Shown: piece after piece, positions 37,276 to 49,980 of the stretch
How the letters are laid out: each line of letters opens with the position of its first letter
How positions within the stretch are numbered: position 1 is the first letter of the stretch
Assembly (NCBI GenBank): GCA_051362555.1
Contig: CM120642.1
Location: 5,332,001 to 5,396,000 of the forward strand
Direction of reading: 5' to 3'
DNA: 64,000 nucleotides
Origin: Lingula anatina
Taxonomy: Eukaryota > Animalia > Brachiopoda
Notes under the pieces: model-generated
The model's input: only the letters and a program-made list of their open reading frames with translations
Database searches by the model: none
What the model was told of the DNA's origin: nothing
Made by a program: the position numbers and the translations under genes

Positions 37276-39187
37276 CTAAAAATACAGATTTATCTCACTG
37301 AAACATTGGACCATTCAACACTAATGTAATTTTTGTTTTGCTTTGTCTTTTTCAACTGTGACAAACATTCTTAGGAATCCAGTTTAACTTGTTAAAAGGC
37401 AATCAAAATGGCTTGCAAAGGCAGAGTTACTTAATTTTGACTCCAAAATGAAAGCAAAAACCTTTTCTATTGATGCTTTCCTCTAACAACGTACATTTTT
37501 TTCTCATGTTTTATAAAGCCATCAAATCTACTATCTTACTTAGAAAACAGAACCCTGGATATTAACAATCCCATTCTTTTGGTTATAATTCCCACACTTT
37601 TGACAAATAAATGAACTAAAGAGAGGTTTTTCACTTCAATTAACCTCAATTTATTTTGTACAGATAATCACTGGCCAAAGAAACAGCATTTTTTCTTAAA
37701 GCTTTCTCTATTTTGTTTAAAATCTCTATGAATCTAAATCAAAGAACAATATTCAGTGTGGTTTCTGGGTTCTTTTCAAAGGAAGGTGGTCCTGTATCAC
37801 TCTCTTATTATATTTCCTAATCAAATTTAACTGCTAGCAAACATATCTCTGGGACAATTGCCAATCAAAGGGCACAGTAAGCAACATCTGACCTGATCAA
37901 ATTCATTATCATTATCAAATCAGACATTATACACCACTGAAGTGTGGGATATAACATACAGTACTTATCCCAATCAATTTAAGAGTCTAATCAAACACAA
38001 AAAATAAGAAAGAAATGACAATTTTTTTAATTCTGATTTGTCAAGAAGAGATTAGATGACAATAAATTGGGGATGAGTTCCACAGATTAAAATGGGTTCA
38101 TAATTGAAATCTGTTCAATTAAAAGTTTCAGCAGCTGAAACAAGAGAACACAAAATATTACAATTTAATATACAATTACTGCCATTTTCTTTTTCGTCTG
38201 CTATATATGTTGTTTTTTAGACTCTAGAAATGTGATAATGATGATAAGAGATGGGCAATTCAGTCCATGTGTCTTTATTTTTTAATCAATTTTTAATTAA
38301 TCTCTCTTTAGAACTAAATTAGGTTTGTCATTATGGTTTTGTTTCTACTCATGTCAGACAACTTATTACAAAATAGAGATCTATGCACAAGTTATTCAGT
38401 CAAATTTTGACTGGATACAAAAATTTATATTGCCATAAACCAACATTTTTTTCTTTTTTCAGTGATCAAAACACTGGCTTTTTAGCCATTTTTTCTTCAA
38501 CAAAAAAAAAAAAAAGCATATATATATAAAATGTACCTTATATCAACATTGAGTACATGTGTAACAGCTTATCCAATAAGCAAGTTTTTAGAAGTATTTC
38601 CCTTGCACCTGCACAATCAGGCTGAGCCCCTATCAAAGGGTGATAATAATGGTTGGAAATCAGTAACTGATCATACCTTGTCTTGACATGGCCTATATAG
38701 GCATAATATCCTCTTTGCAGTTGTTTAATATCAAATGTCACTCTTGATTACAGTGCAGAGCACCCAATATCCTTTCAGGCAAACCAAAATCGATGGTCTA
38801 CACTTTTAATTCAATAAGTTCAGTTTTTAAATGAATGAAAAATTTACCTAATGGATATGTAAACAAATTATAAATCTCAAAATAAATATGAAAAATGCAT
38901 AAAATCTGGTGAGAAAACCAATCTATGAAAAAAGTTTAATCTATGAAATGACATACCATACTCAAGTTAAGCATACTGTCACATTTAAATACTGGCCCCA
39001 CACCAAATGCCAGCAAGAATGAAGCCAAGACTGTAAAATTTCTTTAATTTGTCCAGCAACTGCCCATTTTTTTTTTTTTTTTTTTTTGTGCTTTGTGCCA
39101 GTATATTCAAACACCCTGATTGCAAGAAAGGCTAACAGCCTGTGAAGTTTTCTGGCACAGCCTGGGTTAGGCAGCACGTGTCCTTAC

Positions 39188-39395
39188 CTTGATAGTTCCA
39201 TCTTTGGAACTAGTTGCAAAATATTCCCCGTTGTGAGAGAAGCTGACGTGAAGCACCTGATCGGTGTGGCGGCCTGGCCCTTCCTGGAGATTCTCACTCT
39301 GAATCACGGGGGTGTGATAGTAGAGTCTCTGAAACTCGTAGTACCAAGATGTCTTCCCCGGAGCTATTGGCACCTGCCTGTTAATATCCAGCATT
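39188..39395 (-). CDS. FBXW5: FBXW5 exon
   Basis: cccag|...|gtaagg; SWYYEFQRLYYHTP...HTDQVLHVSFSHNGEYFATSSKDGTIK. Confidence 0.95.
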
Positions 39396-39688
39396 CTGGG
39401 AAAGAAAGTTTTATTTGTTTAATAATAAACTGTATACATATGATTACCAAGTTATTGTATGGAAATAAATGTTAATGACTGGTTTCCCTTCTGCATTTTT
39501 TTTTTTTGGCAATAAGTTTTTTGCCAAATCAGATTGGCAAGATGTTAACCAAACTTTTTTTTTCAACTGACCCAATTTTTGCATTCTATCTTGACACCTA
39601 ACAAACAAGGCTCATGATCACCTCAAGTTCAATGCAATCTCAAATATAAGGACTGAAGTTGACGTAACTGTACTCTAAAATTGTTTAC

Positions 39689-39927
39689 CTGTAAAAAAGT
39701 TCCATCCACAGAAATTCATCATATGAAACACGCATCCACTGCCGACACGTCAGACAGGCATGGAGAACATCGCGTGCACTCAAGAACGAGAAGATATGGT
39801 ACAGAACCCCATCTGGCAACTGCTGCCAGATGCTGACATCCTGCTCCGAATCATCATCCAGCTTGCAACTGTTACCATCTTCACGGGCCTCCAATTGTTT
39901 TGCATCTTTGCACTCAGAATTTGGCAT
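39689..39927 (-). CDS. FBXW5: FBXW5 first coding exon (F-box)
   Basis: first in-frame ATG at 39927 after an in-frame TGA at 39966-39964; F-box LPDGVLYHIFSFL..RDVLHACLTCRQWMRVSYDEFLW; donor gtaaac. Confidence 0.92.
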
Positions 39928-40487
39928 TCTGTTGTCTATTTCCACATCACAATGACAAAATTTTCAAAACTGCTCACTCTTCGTTTCACTAAGTTTGTTT
40001 TTGGCTTTAAAAGTCTGAGCTTCTGCTCAACAACTTCTCATTAAAAAAAAAACTTGTCTGTTTTTATTACGAAAATGTTCCGTGTACAAATTTCTAGTAC
40101 ACTTATGTTACTATCCTATCGTTGACATTTTAAGAATCAGACAGTGATGGAGAAGAAGAAAATCAAATCCATAATCTTAAGCATCTTTGTAGAAAACAGT
40201 CCATTTTCCAGTCAGAAATGAGCAGGAATCACAGTCACCTTTTTATATCAAGTTTTGAAGTGTAAACTGCATTCCTAAAAGTGAGAGCGGCTAATGTGTT
40301 TTTCACGAAGAAACCAAGAAGTCTCACTTTTTTATTACTGCTGATACTTCCATAATCCGCAGAAAAAAATGTCATGTCACACGTCAGAGAGACAGCAGAT
40401 TCGTTGTCACGTTTTAAACTGGAGATTATCACATGGTCCAATTTGAAGCAATCTGTAGATGTTTCCAGATTCTTCTCAAATATATGT

Positions 40488-40529
40488 TCACTTCTGGAAA
40501 ATCTTACTTCTTGGGAGTTGGGAAAAATC
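40488..40529 (-). CDS. spliced upstream ORF, exon 5 (DFSQLPRSKIFQK*)
   Basis: strong acceptor tctttttcttctcttgtcag; phase 0 matches exon 4; TGA at 40490-40488. Confidence 0.65.
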   Translation of the reverse strand, partial: DFSQLPRSKIFQK

Positions 40530-40662
40530 CTGACAAGAGAAGAAAAAGATATCATTTGAAAAAATATCATAACTGCTAGAAGTGTTCATAAATAATACAA
40601 TATAAGGTCAAGCACAAATAAATATATAACGCAAAATTAAACATGCAGACATAAAAACTTAC

Positions 40663-40696
40663 AAGTCTAAAGTGCAGAATTTTAACTGAAGAATCC
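40663..40696 (-). CDS. spliced upstream ORF, exon 4 (WDSSVKILHFRL)
   Basis: ttatattttttcag|34 nt|gtaagt. Confidence 0.65.
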
Positions 40697-40788
40697 CTGA
40701 AAAAATATAAGGAGCTCTAACACCAGATTATAATCCATAGCACTTCAAAATAATCTGTTTTCAAAAGAAGACTACAAAAATTACTTAC

Positions 40789-40815
40789 CATGTTTCTGGC
40801 ACATATTTATCAGGC
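40789..40815 (-). CDS. spliced upstream ORF, exon 3 (GPDKYVPET)
   Basis: ccaacag|27 nt|gtaagt; the acceptor has a weak pyrimidine tract. Confidence 0.55.
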
Positions 40816-40924
40816 CTGTTGGTTTTAAGTCTTGGTATAACAAAACAATGTCAAGAAAAACACCCATTTTCAAATTTGTCTATACAATCTTACTGTAAAG
40901 AAACGCCACTTGATAAAAACTTAC

Positions 40925-40976
40925 CCTTTTACTGGTATGATGCTGTGCTTCTCCTCAAATATTGATTTTAGAATAC
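40925..40976 (-). CDS. spliced upstream ORF, exon 2 (RILKSIFEEKHSIIPVK)
   Basis: ctttgcctttgtag|52 nt|gtaagt; only one of three frames is open and it is the one set by exon 1. Confidence 0.65.
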
Positions 40977-41608
40977 CTACAAAGGCAAAGATCATATTTA
41001 AAATAATTTAAAGAGAAGAAATTATATTTATCACTGTATCAAGCCAAAATTGTGATTAAATCAAGATTCATGAAATAATTTCAAAGGTGTTGTTATTCTT
41101 CATTACCAAGACAGCAATTTCACTTGCAAATTATTATTGAGGAAACCCACTTGGCAAAATTGGTGTGGTGCAATCTTATGAAACAGAAAAGGATTTAAAA
41201 ATATAAAATAAAATGAAGAAAAAAAATCTTGCTTTATCTCTGAATACAGATATATTTAATTTATCATAGTAAATCGGCTTCAACATTGGAATCTACTTGC
41301 TTTATTTTTCAGATATTAAAAAAAAATTTTAATAATGCATTTATTTTTTCATCCCCATCTATTAGTATATAGTACACACGTATTTATTTATATATAACTG
41401 TATTGATCTGTCCATTCATTTCTTTACTATTATTGTTGTTGTTGTTGTTGTTGCTGTTATTAGTCCTGGCTGTCGTATTCAGGCTAATTGATCCCCAGTG
41501 CATCAACCACATATATATCCTGTCAATTTTCAGTCATGCACACAAAATCTTTCCACTTGAATAAATCAGATATTTTTACGTCACAAGTAACTTATAGCTG
41601 GTACTCAC

Positions 41609-41675
41609 GTGGCATAGGTCTATTCATTACTACATTTGTACATGGGGCACATTTTATGTTGCCATGTGGGATCAT
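41609..41675 (-). CDS. spliced upstream ORF, exon 1 (MIPHGNIKCAPCTNVVMNRPMP)
   Basis: ATG at 41675 after an in-frame TAA; donor gtgagt, phase 1; the true start could be the later ATG (MNRPMP). Confidence 0.5.
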
Positions 41676-41853
41676 AATATATTAAGTAGCAATGTGTGGT
41701 AGCTTATTTTTTTCCAGAAGGCATTTGATTTTCATTTTTCATGCTAATTTGGATTTACTCTTCAGTGAATGAAAGCATACTAGTACATGGATGCTATACT
41801 TCTCTCTCTGCCTCTGTCTCTCTTTCTCTTTTTCCATCAGGAAAAGGAAATCT

Positions 41854-41854
<1 letters not shown>

Positions 41855-41890
<36 letters not shown>
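41855..41890. repeat. (GA)n microsatellite
   Basis: about 18 GA units. Confidence 0.9.
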
Positions 41891-41896
<6 letters not shown>

Positions 41897-42420
41897 AGAG
41901 CTTGTTTTCAACACAAAATAATTTCATTTTCTATAACCAAAATTGCTATCAAAACAATTACCAAAAACTTTGTATGCCAACACAAGCCATAATTTTGAAG
42001 GAGCATGGAATAGATTGTAAACTGTTTTTACAAATGAAAATACTGGTAATACTTCTTTTTTAATAGCTCCAAATCCATTAGTCTGAGTAATACAATACTC
42101 CTATTCAAAATTTCGTAATATTCACTGTTGTACACTAAAAGTTTTAATGGTGAAAATCATTTCTCATGCCCCTTCTCTACTCACACTGCTAAAAAGGCAA
42201 GGAATTCTGCTACCTTTTGAGATAAGCTAAGATAAACTTAAACTGTCCACTCATTATCAGAATACTGCCTGGTTAACTGGCTCAGGCAATTCCAAGCAGC
42301 CCATCATAGAAAACACATAAATGTACACACTCATCTACTCTGACTGTATCAGGCTTTGCTCATTCAATAAATGGACTTCAATTCTATTAGTCCCAAGATT
42401 TTAGTGTCTGGTACATATAA

Positions 42421-42736
42421 GGACCATTCAAAATGAGAAGAGCCGAATGCTAGCTAGGCCACGACCTAAATATGGCCGACCTACATGAGAGGAAGACTAC
42501 TTAATCCTGTAATGGTCTCTCCCCCTCTCATACACCTCCCCACGTGTCGTCCCTGCAGGGGCACAGTAATTCGATCTCAGCTCAATTCAACCGGTCCAGG
42601 GATGATGCATGGGAAGACGTGCACGCGAGAGGCGGAGAGACCATTACAGGATTAAGCAGTATTCCTTTCATGTAGGTCTGCCATATTTAGGTCATGGCCT
42701 AGCTAACACTCGGCTCTTCTCATTCTGAATGAGGCC
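42421..42736. mobile_element. MITE with ~108-bp TIRs (Harbinger-like ends)
   Basis: left arm GGACCATTCAAAATGAGAAGAGCCGA...TAATCCTGTAATGGTCTCTCC mirrors the right arm; TSD ambiguous (TAA/ATA). Confidence 0.8.
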
Positions 42737-42738
42737 AT

Positions 42739-42874
42739 ACCCACCCACACACCCACCCACCTACACACCCACCCACCCACCTACACACCCACACACCCAC
42801 CCACCCACCCACCCACACCCACCTACACACCCACCCACCCACACACCCACCCACCCACATACCCACCTACACAC
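42739..42874. repeat. (ACCC/ACAC)n simple repeat
   Basis: degenerate CACC tetramer tract. Confidence 0.9.
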
Positions 42875-43914
42875 AATAAACATGACAGAGAGGAATTATC
42901 TCATTACAGGATAAAACCATATATCTATCATTTTGCCACTGCTTGAAAGCACTTGCTCATTTTGTTACACACCAACTCATTTTCACAGTCACATTTGGCA
43001 AATGGCCACAATTTCATTTCCATTCCCAAATTATCACCATAGCAATGACAGAAGCACCGATTCTATTCAGATGCTTTTACACAGGCAATACCCTAATAAT
43101 ACGAGTAACTGGACAGATTTTCTCAAATTTCATTTATAGCCTCATACAGGTTTAGCAGGACAGATGTTTACAAAGAAAAATTAGATGATGTTGAATACAT
43201 GTACTCCACAGTGAGAATGTTCCAAATACAATTCACCTATTCCATTCTAACTCTGGCACATACTGTGGATATCAACAGGAGTGTTTGGCCTTTCCACGCA
43301 TGCATTACACCATTGTTTAGTGGGTCCTATGTTAGACATAATCTGTATTATAAAACTTAGAGAGATGGACAGCTTAATGAGTCGGCTATCATGTACAAGA
43401 GATCAAGTCACTTAAATGGAAACCCAGCACTCAGCAAGGCCAGTTAGTTGGATTAGTGATCTTGATAGGTCAAAACAGCTGAAGGCAAATGTGAAAGCGA
43501 GTTTAAACCAGTCTAAGTGTTTTGATACTTACTGTATACATGAATATAATATATGATGTGTTTTGGGGGCTCCACACTACTATACTAGTCAATTACTACA
43601 GTGTACCTCTCCATATATATTAGCAAATACCGTGATATCAAACGACTTAAATAAAGATGAAAGGGAGCCACAGATGTGTTAATTACTACTGCTAGAAATC
43701 CTGGCAGCGCCAACAGTTACAGTGCATACCTTCTGTTTATGTGCGTCAGTTTCACGTTTGGCTAATTGCTGGCATGGTAACACTACTGACATACGGATTT
43801 CTGTAAAAATTACACGATGAAGAGTACATGTTTATACACTTAAACGTACAAACATTATATTTAAATTTTTACATAAAACTTCACGCGATTCGCCCTGTTT
43901 CTCTTGTTACTTAC

Positions 43915-44905
43915 CTACGCTGGTTGTGCCTTCCTAATGACATTGGGTGCCCGATTTAACCAAGTCCAACAAGTTTAGAGGAGGTGGTCCAGGGAAAGAA
44001 AATGTAAGTAAAATACTCTCTTTTTCGATTGTTCCAGCTGCTTACCACCTCAATTCAGTCTCTGATACCTGATAGACATAGCCCAACGACCCAGCACATA
44101 AAAATTGTTTGCAGCTCGCAGTGTGGCGTAAAAACTTAGATGGGTACAACACCTATTCTTCCCACAAGTCACTCCATCTTTATTTTGATTTGTAGCTCGA
44201 TTTCATGCCGCCAGATGGCAGCATTACGCTAATTCTCCGCAGTTTCGATCTCGGCGTCAAAATATCAAATTACGGGGATTTTGGGTGGATATCAGCTACA
44301 TATATCGATTTTTTTTGCATTTTAATGCACATGAACTACTCCTCCCTTTATTATACAAGTTTCAGTTTGATAGTAACAATTGTCAGTGCTTCACTTGGGC
44401 TGCCCAATCAGGTATTAGGTGAATTTTAGAATTTATGATAAGACTTATCAAGTTTTCCAAAAATACACTCTTACCAACTAAAAACCTTTGCACAAAGTAA
44501 ATTTTTCACAACATTTAAAGGTGTGATGAAAAATTAATTTTTGTTTGATGAAGAGTGTAGATATATACTTATAACAATTTATGTATTAAAACCTGAAAAA
44601 ATCCGCGAAAATTTTGACCTAGATACGAGCACTTCTAAAGGTGCGTGTGGTGCAGCGTTTGTTGAAAACTTGGACCTAAATCTATTTAGGTCCAAGTTGA
44701 AAATAAATACGCATTGATTACATATAATGATGCATCGCCATCAGTCAGTAGAAGTTTTCTAAGTTGCTTTATAGAACAATCACCACTGCTATATCAGTTT
44801 GCCTTAGTTTAAGTGTTTTCTCTGCTGCTTAAACCGAGATAACCCAACACCTCGATCCGTACTAGTAGTTCCAAGTCGACTTGATCAGTGGCACGTACAG
44901 ACGAG
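43915..44905. promoter_or_regulatory. probable divergent promoter region (uORF/FBXW5 on -, unidentified gene on +) with a CTCF-like motif
   Basis: local CpG enrichment; minus-strand donors at 43914 (gtaagt) and 44045 (gtaagc); plus-strand donor GAG|gtaaaa near 44905; ATGCCGCCAGATGGCAGCA at 44205-44223; strand skew flips. Confidence 0.5.
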
Positions 44906-47900
44906 GTAAAATTATCTACTTGAGTTTCAATTTAAAAAATCACAAAACTCGTTTTCGATAAAAAATTGAGCACTTTTCACAGGGGATGTTATATATATAA
45001 TGTGCTTTATTTACAGTATTTATTTATTATTATTGACAGAGTTTGATTTTCCAGTTTATGCAGCGGACAGACAACACTGGCATCTCTGGTGGATACCTCT
45101 TGTGCCACCTTGAAGACAGATGATATTGATGATGCAAACTTAACAGAAGGTATTTTAAGTCATTGTTAAGAATTAAATTAAAGGGACAGATTGTAAGTTT
45201 TTGATTGCACATTAAGTATATAAAACAGTTATGTGATGGCAAGTACTTTTTATCATATTTTTGCAGATTAATGGCAAGAATTAGTGTCTACAGAAATAAT
45301 TTATCATGTACATGTACCTCCTTACAAACCTCACCACATATGCGTGTTAACCATCTTAAATTTGTTATTTGTAGTTGGAAATGTAGAGCTGGAATTGATA
45401 GTAGAATTAAAAAAAAAAAAAAAAAAAAAGAAAAAACATCCCTCAATGTGGATGAATTAGGACTTTTTATTTTCCCAGATTAATTTTGTTACCGAGTCGC
45501 AGCGAGTGTCAGGAAAGGTGGATCAAAGATTGGTTAGTGGGGAAAAAAAAACATTTACATCAGGAAAATGAGTAAAGTACATGTATGAGATTTTTTCCAG
45601 GAATAGTTTATGCTGTGCTACTTTCAAGGGCTTTTGTACTTAAAACACAGGTAAGGAATTATGTTAGATGAAATGTAAACTTTTGTTACATGATATGACT
45701 CAAATGGGACATGTGATGGCTATTTCAGAAGAAAACTGGAGGACTGAAAAAAAAAAAACTTTTATTCTTGTTCATGGTGTTCAGGGACAGATTTTAATTT
45801 TGTTTCTGAAATACAGTACATTAGAAAAGTATTTTTTTTTTTTTTTGTGCAAATTAACATCTTTTGATATAGTGATATTGTATATATGTGTTGTAACAAA
45901 TAAAAAAGTAATGATAACATAAAAGGAATTCAATGCAGTTTATTTATGTACTGGTATATAAATAATCATGACCTTGTACAATGTAATATAATAAAAAAAC
46001 AATACAGTTGGTGCATTACCATTCTCTAATTGGTAATTGGATTGCCAATTGTTGAGTGAACAAGTATATATCTTAATATAATGAACAGATGTACTACTTT
46101 AGTTACTAATAATTAAAATATTTAAGCTAAGGCAGTGAGATCTATAACTTCTTAGTGTGGTTATAGATTTACCTTAGACACAAACTGTGACGCATATTGC
46201 TACAATCATATGTTACAGTACAATATGAAGCATTTCAAATTTACAAGGAAAAAAGAACTATACATATATAAAGTAATAGATAAGTAAATAACAAGGTTAA
46301 ACTGATATAAGTATTGTGAGCCTAAAAGAAAGATAAGAGAGATATAAGAATTAGGTAATTATTATCAATCATTGATTTATTATTTTTATTTTGTGTTTTT
46401 ATCTAAATATTTGATATTTCTTTTCTTTTTGTTTATTCTCAGTGAACTAGAGTATTTGACAAAATATTGTGAATGGTAGTGTGAAGTTGTATTATACACA
46501 AGGAGGAGATAACAAAAATTTCCCAACTGTTGGTAGATTTCCAACTTTCTGTGAGCCAAAATATCATTGGTGTATGTGGCCCCCTGGACCTCTTGCCATA
46601 TTTTTTGATTTTTTTTCACTAAATTGCTGATTATGAATAGCATTAATCTACAAATATTTCTGATAACAAACTAGTCCTGTACATAAACCAAAATTATTCC
46701 GAAAATTAATGGCAGCGAACATATGTCTTCAGTCATGCTTCCCTCTACAAAGTCTGTGATATGGATCCATCAGTTAAAAATGGCCTTGTAAGGAAAGATA
46801 TTTAAGAACAGAGAAAACTTTGAGAATAAAATGCCCATTTATCAATATCATTTTGATAAACTACAGCGCCTGGAAGCATGATAGAAATAGACATGTATAA
46901 AGGTGACTAGCACAGGGGAGATAGTGCATTGTGTTCACTTCTCAACAACTGCAATCAAAATTTTGTTTGCCTGCAAGATGTTTTAAAAGGCTTAAGAGGA
47001 ATTATGATTTGTCACAAGCTACTTCATGATTCTGCGTTTGACCAGGCTTTTTATGTTTGGAGACGAATGCAAACTTCAGCTCATTTATTCTAGAAACAAT
47101 GGTATAATGGTTATAAAGTATATATCCACACCTGTTTTCCAAACCATTATATTATTTATTTATTTTTGTTGTCCTTACAAAAATTAGTTTCTCAGCGTGT
47201 TAAGCCTACGTGTGTAATCTGCAATTTCAGTGTACTTCTCACTACTAATGAAGTTAATTTTTTTTAACATGTCACATTGGAGTTGTGTATTATGGCTGTC
47301 TGCAGTCACAAAGCTGCCTTTTTATTGATACAAAAGAGCACCTCTATGCCTTTAAAAGATTTCTGTAGGTGGGATTACACAGCACAGAGCCAGCTTGTCA
47401 GTTTGTTTTTATACACAAGTTATTATTGATGTTGTTGAGGGGGAGAGGGATAACTCAAGGTATGAATATTTATTTTCAGTGTATGAGCCAATTAAGTGAC
47501 CTGTTTGCTTAAATTACTGATGAGATTGGTTAAAAAAAATGTTCCTTTCTCTTAAAAAAGATCTAAAAAGGCAACACATTTTTAAGTAAATTTGATTGAT
47601 TCTTCATCATTGGTGAAAATTGTGTGTTTTCGTGATCTCAGGTGAGGTGCACTAACTGCAGGTGTGCCCAGTTCATGTTCTATTGATCTCGGAGTATGCC
47701 ACCAGTACTGCAGGGTACAGTCAGGCAGTGTAAGGCTCATGAGCAGCATGCCATATTTGAACTTCGTGCTGCTTTGATCCATATTTCAGTTTGACTAATG
47801 GATCAATTGTTGTTTGATTTTTGTTAAAAGATGATTTAACCTGAAATTCAACCAACTACAATTACATTAAAGGGTCATGGTTTGTTGATTTAAGCAACCT

Positions 47901-49217
47901 AAGCTGTGGTAAAAATTGGCAGATTGATTCAGTAGACTTACATGTGTTTAATGCGAAGGGTAATCATTCCTTGCTTTTCATTTTTTAAGTAGCCAAATTG
48001 GATTATATGTCTGCTTGATTTTTTACATGTCACAGTTGCTTATCTGACACCAAATATTTAAAATGTGTATTGATTTTTATGGTATATGCATGTGTTTAAT
48101 ATACACCTTCCTTCCACTTGACAAATTTGAATGAAATAAAATGAAAAGAATTCCTGAAATGACAAAAATTGTTGTGATGGCATTATGCTCATTATTTCAT
48201 TCTTTCAGTCACATAGAAATAGATTATAAATATGAGACAAAATGGCAGAAAACCCAAGTCTGACAGACTTAATCAATAATGTTGAGAAAAGTTCACATAG
48301 ACTTTGACAAAAACATTAATTGATATTGTTTTTAAAACACATTGTCAAGATGAATCCTGATTTTGCTTGTTTTATGACATTAAAATACTAAGAGTGCCTT
48401 CAACTGTTTACAGAAGTCTTTGGCAAAATGCCAATTTAAGTAAGTGAATAGCTGTTTTTGTTTAATTATGACATGAAATTTGATAAGATTTTATACAACC
48501 TTAATTTAATTGTCAATTAAGATGATTGAATGAATATTTTTCATGTGAAAACATACCTTAGAGAAGTGGATTAAAAATATAAAAAGTTATTTGAAAAAAA
48601 ATGAATGTAGAGTGAGTGCCAGTAAAATTGACATATTTATGTATGTGTCTATTACCAAAGTTATACTAGAGTTGGCACAAAATATCATAATCGGACACTT
48701 ACAGAAAATCAGTTCCTTAAAGTGTAGGATCTAAAAACACTTACAGTTTGTGATTAATTGCCTTGTTGTCTCAAGGTGGGGACATCATTGTTGACACACT
48801 GGTCTGGAAACGTGGTAAACATTAGGAAAACACAGGGCCACATGACATCAAATATTTGGATGATTGGTTTACAAACCATTTTTTAGGAGGGAAAATGTGC
48901 TTCAAAACAGGCTTAGGTGTTTGGAGGACCCGATCTGTGGATTTACAGAAACTTTGTGTGGGGAGAAGGCAAGTTTCTGCTCATTTGTGGTTAATTTATA
49001 TTGGTAATGTTATGAATTTAAATGTTTTTATCAGGTCACATAATGGAGAGTGGAGGATGTAATAATATTGTTTAACTTTAATGTATATGTGTGTTAATCT
49101 CTCTCTCTCTTTCTCTCTCTCTCTTTTTTTTTTATGAACTGGAATTAGCAATTCATGTATGATGTATAAAACATCATTTTTAGCAAGCTATAAAATAAAA
49201 AAGGCGGGATATATATT

Positions 49218-49263
<46 letters not shown>
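49218..49263. repeat. poly(T) run
   Basis: about 46 consecutive T. Confidence 0.9.
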
Positions 49264-49266
<3 letters not shown>

Positions 49267-49980
49267 GTAACAAACTCTGTAACTATATTAAATTTAATGT
49301 CTGATGATTCCTTATTTGAAAGAAATCTGAGGAATTTACTGAGGTGCCACAGAAAAAACATGGGTATGGTTTCCACTCTTGAGGCCATTCTGGATAAACT
49401 AGTATTAAATCAAATTCACATAGTTCTATTTGGTTAGCTCTATTGATATGAACGAAATGTATCCCTATCAGTCCAGGTGAAAAATTCTCCTTTCTCTCCT
49501 TGTGTTATCATGCAAATATCATGCTGTTCAAGGATCAGGTTATTAAGTTCCAATATTTGATTTGATTTGACTTGCTCTTACTGTAGCTGAAGTTCAGCAT
49601 TGATTGTGAAAATAACCTGTAGGCAGTATTTGTATATCAAGCTATATCTTCAGAAGAGATTTATGTGGGGAGATGATGGAAGTTCTTATAGCTGAAAGAA
49701 AACTGTGATGATTTCGGACTGTCACATATAGCAAAGGGTTTTATGTCACTTACAATTGTGTTTACAAGTGAGATTTTGTCTGAATAAGCTTCTTAATTGT
49801 TGTCTGCTAAGACGTAGATGATTTGCGTCAGAACTGGAACCAAATTAATTAATTCATGCTGTGAAAAGACGCTTTGCAATATCTGATCATCACTTGGCTT
49901 CCATTAGGCCTAATTCCAAACAAACTGACCTTTCATTTTATATAATACTTTTTCTATCCATGGGTAAGTTCTGTACATTT

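Noticed and set aside
39928-39945. ORF-track start of FBXW5 at 39945
   Set aside because: That codon is GTG; the first in-frame ATG is at 39927
40235-40570. 111-aa minus-strand ORF upstream of FBXW5
   Set aside because: Its ATGs lie in the predicted intron (40530-40662), upstream of the strong 40529 acceptor, and it is in a different frame from the spliced uORF; no recognisable motif
40893-40924. Strong-looking acceptor (gtttctttacag) as the start of uORF exon 3
   Set aside because: It would leave a 32-nt intron after the 40924 donor, too short for normal splicing
49298-49335. CTGATGA...GAAA as a hammerhead ribozyme
   Set aside because: No convincing stems I-III; other CTGATGA hits (30644, 47517, 59901) also lack the fold
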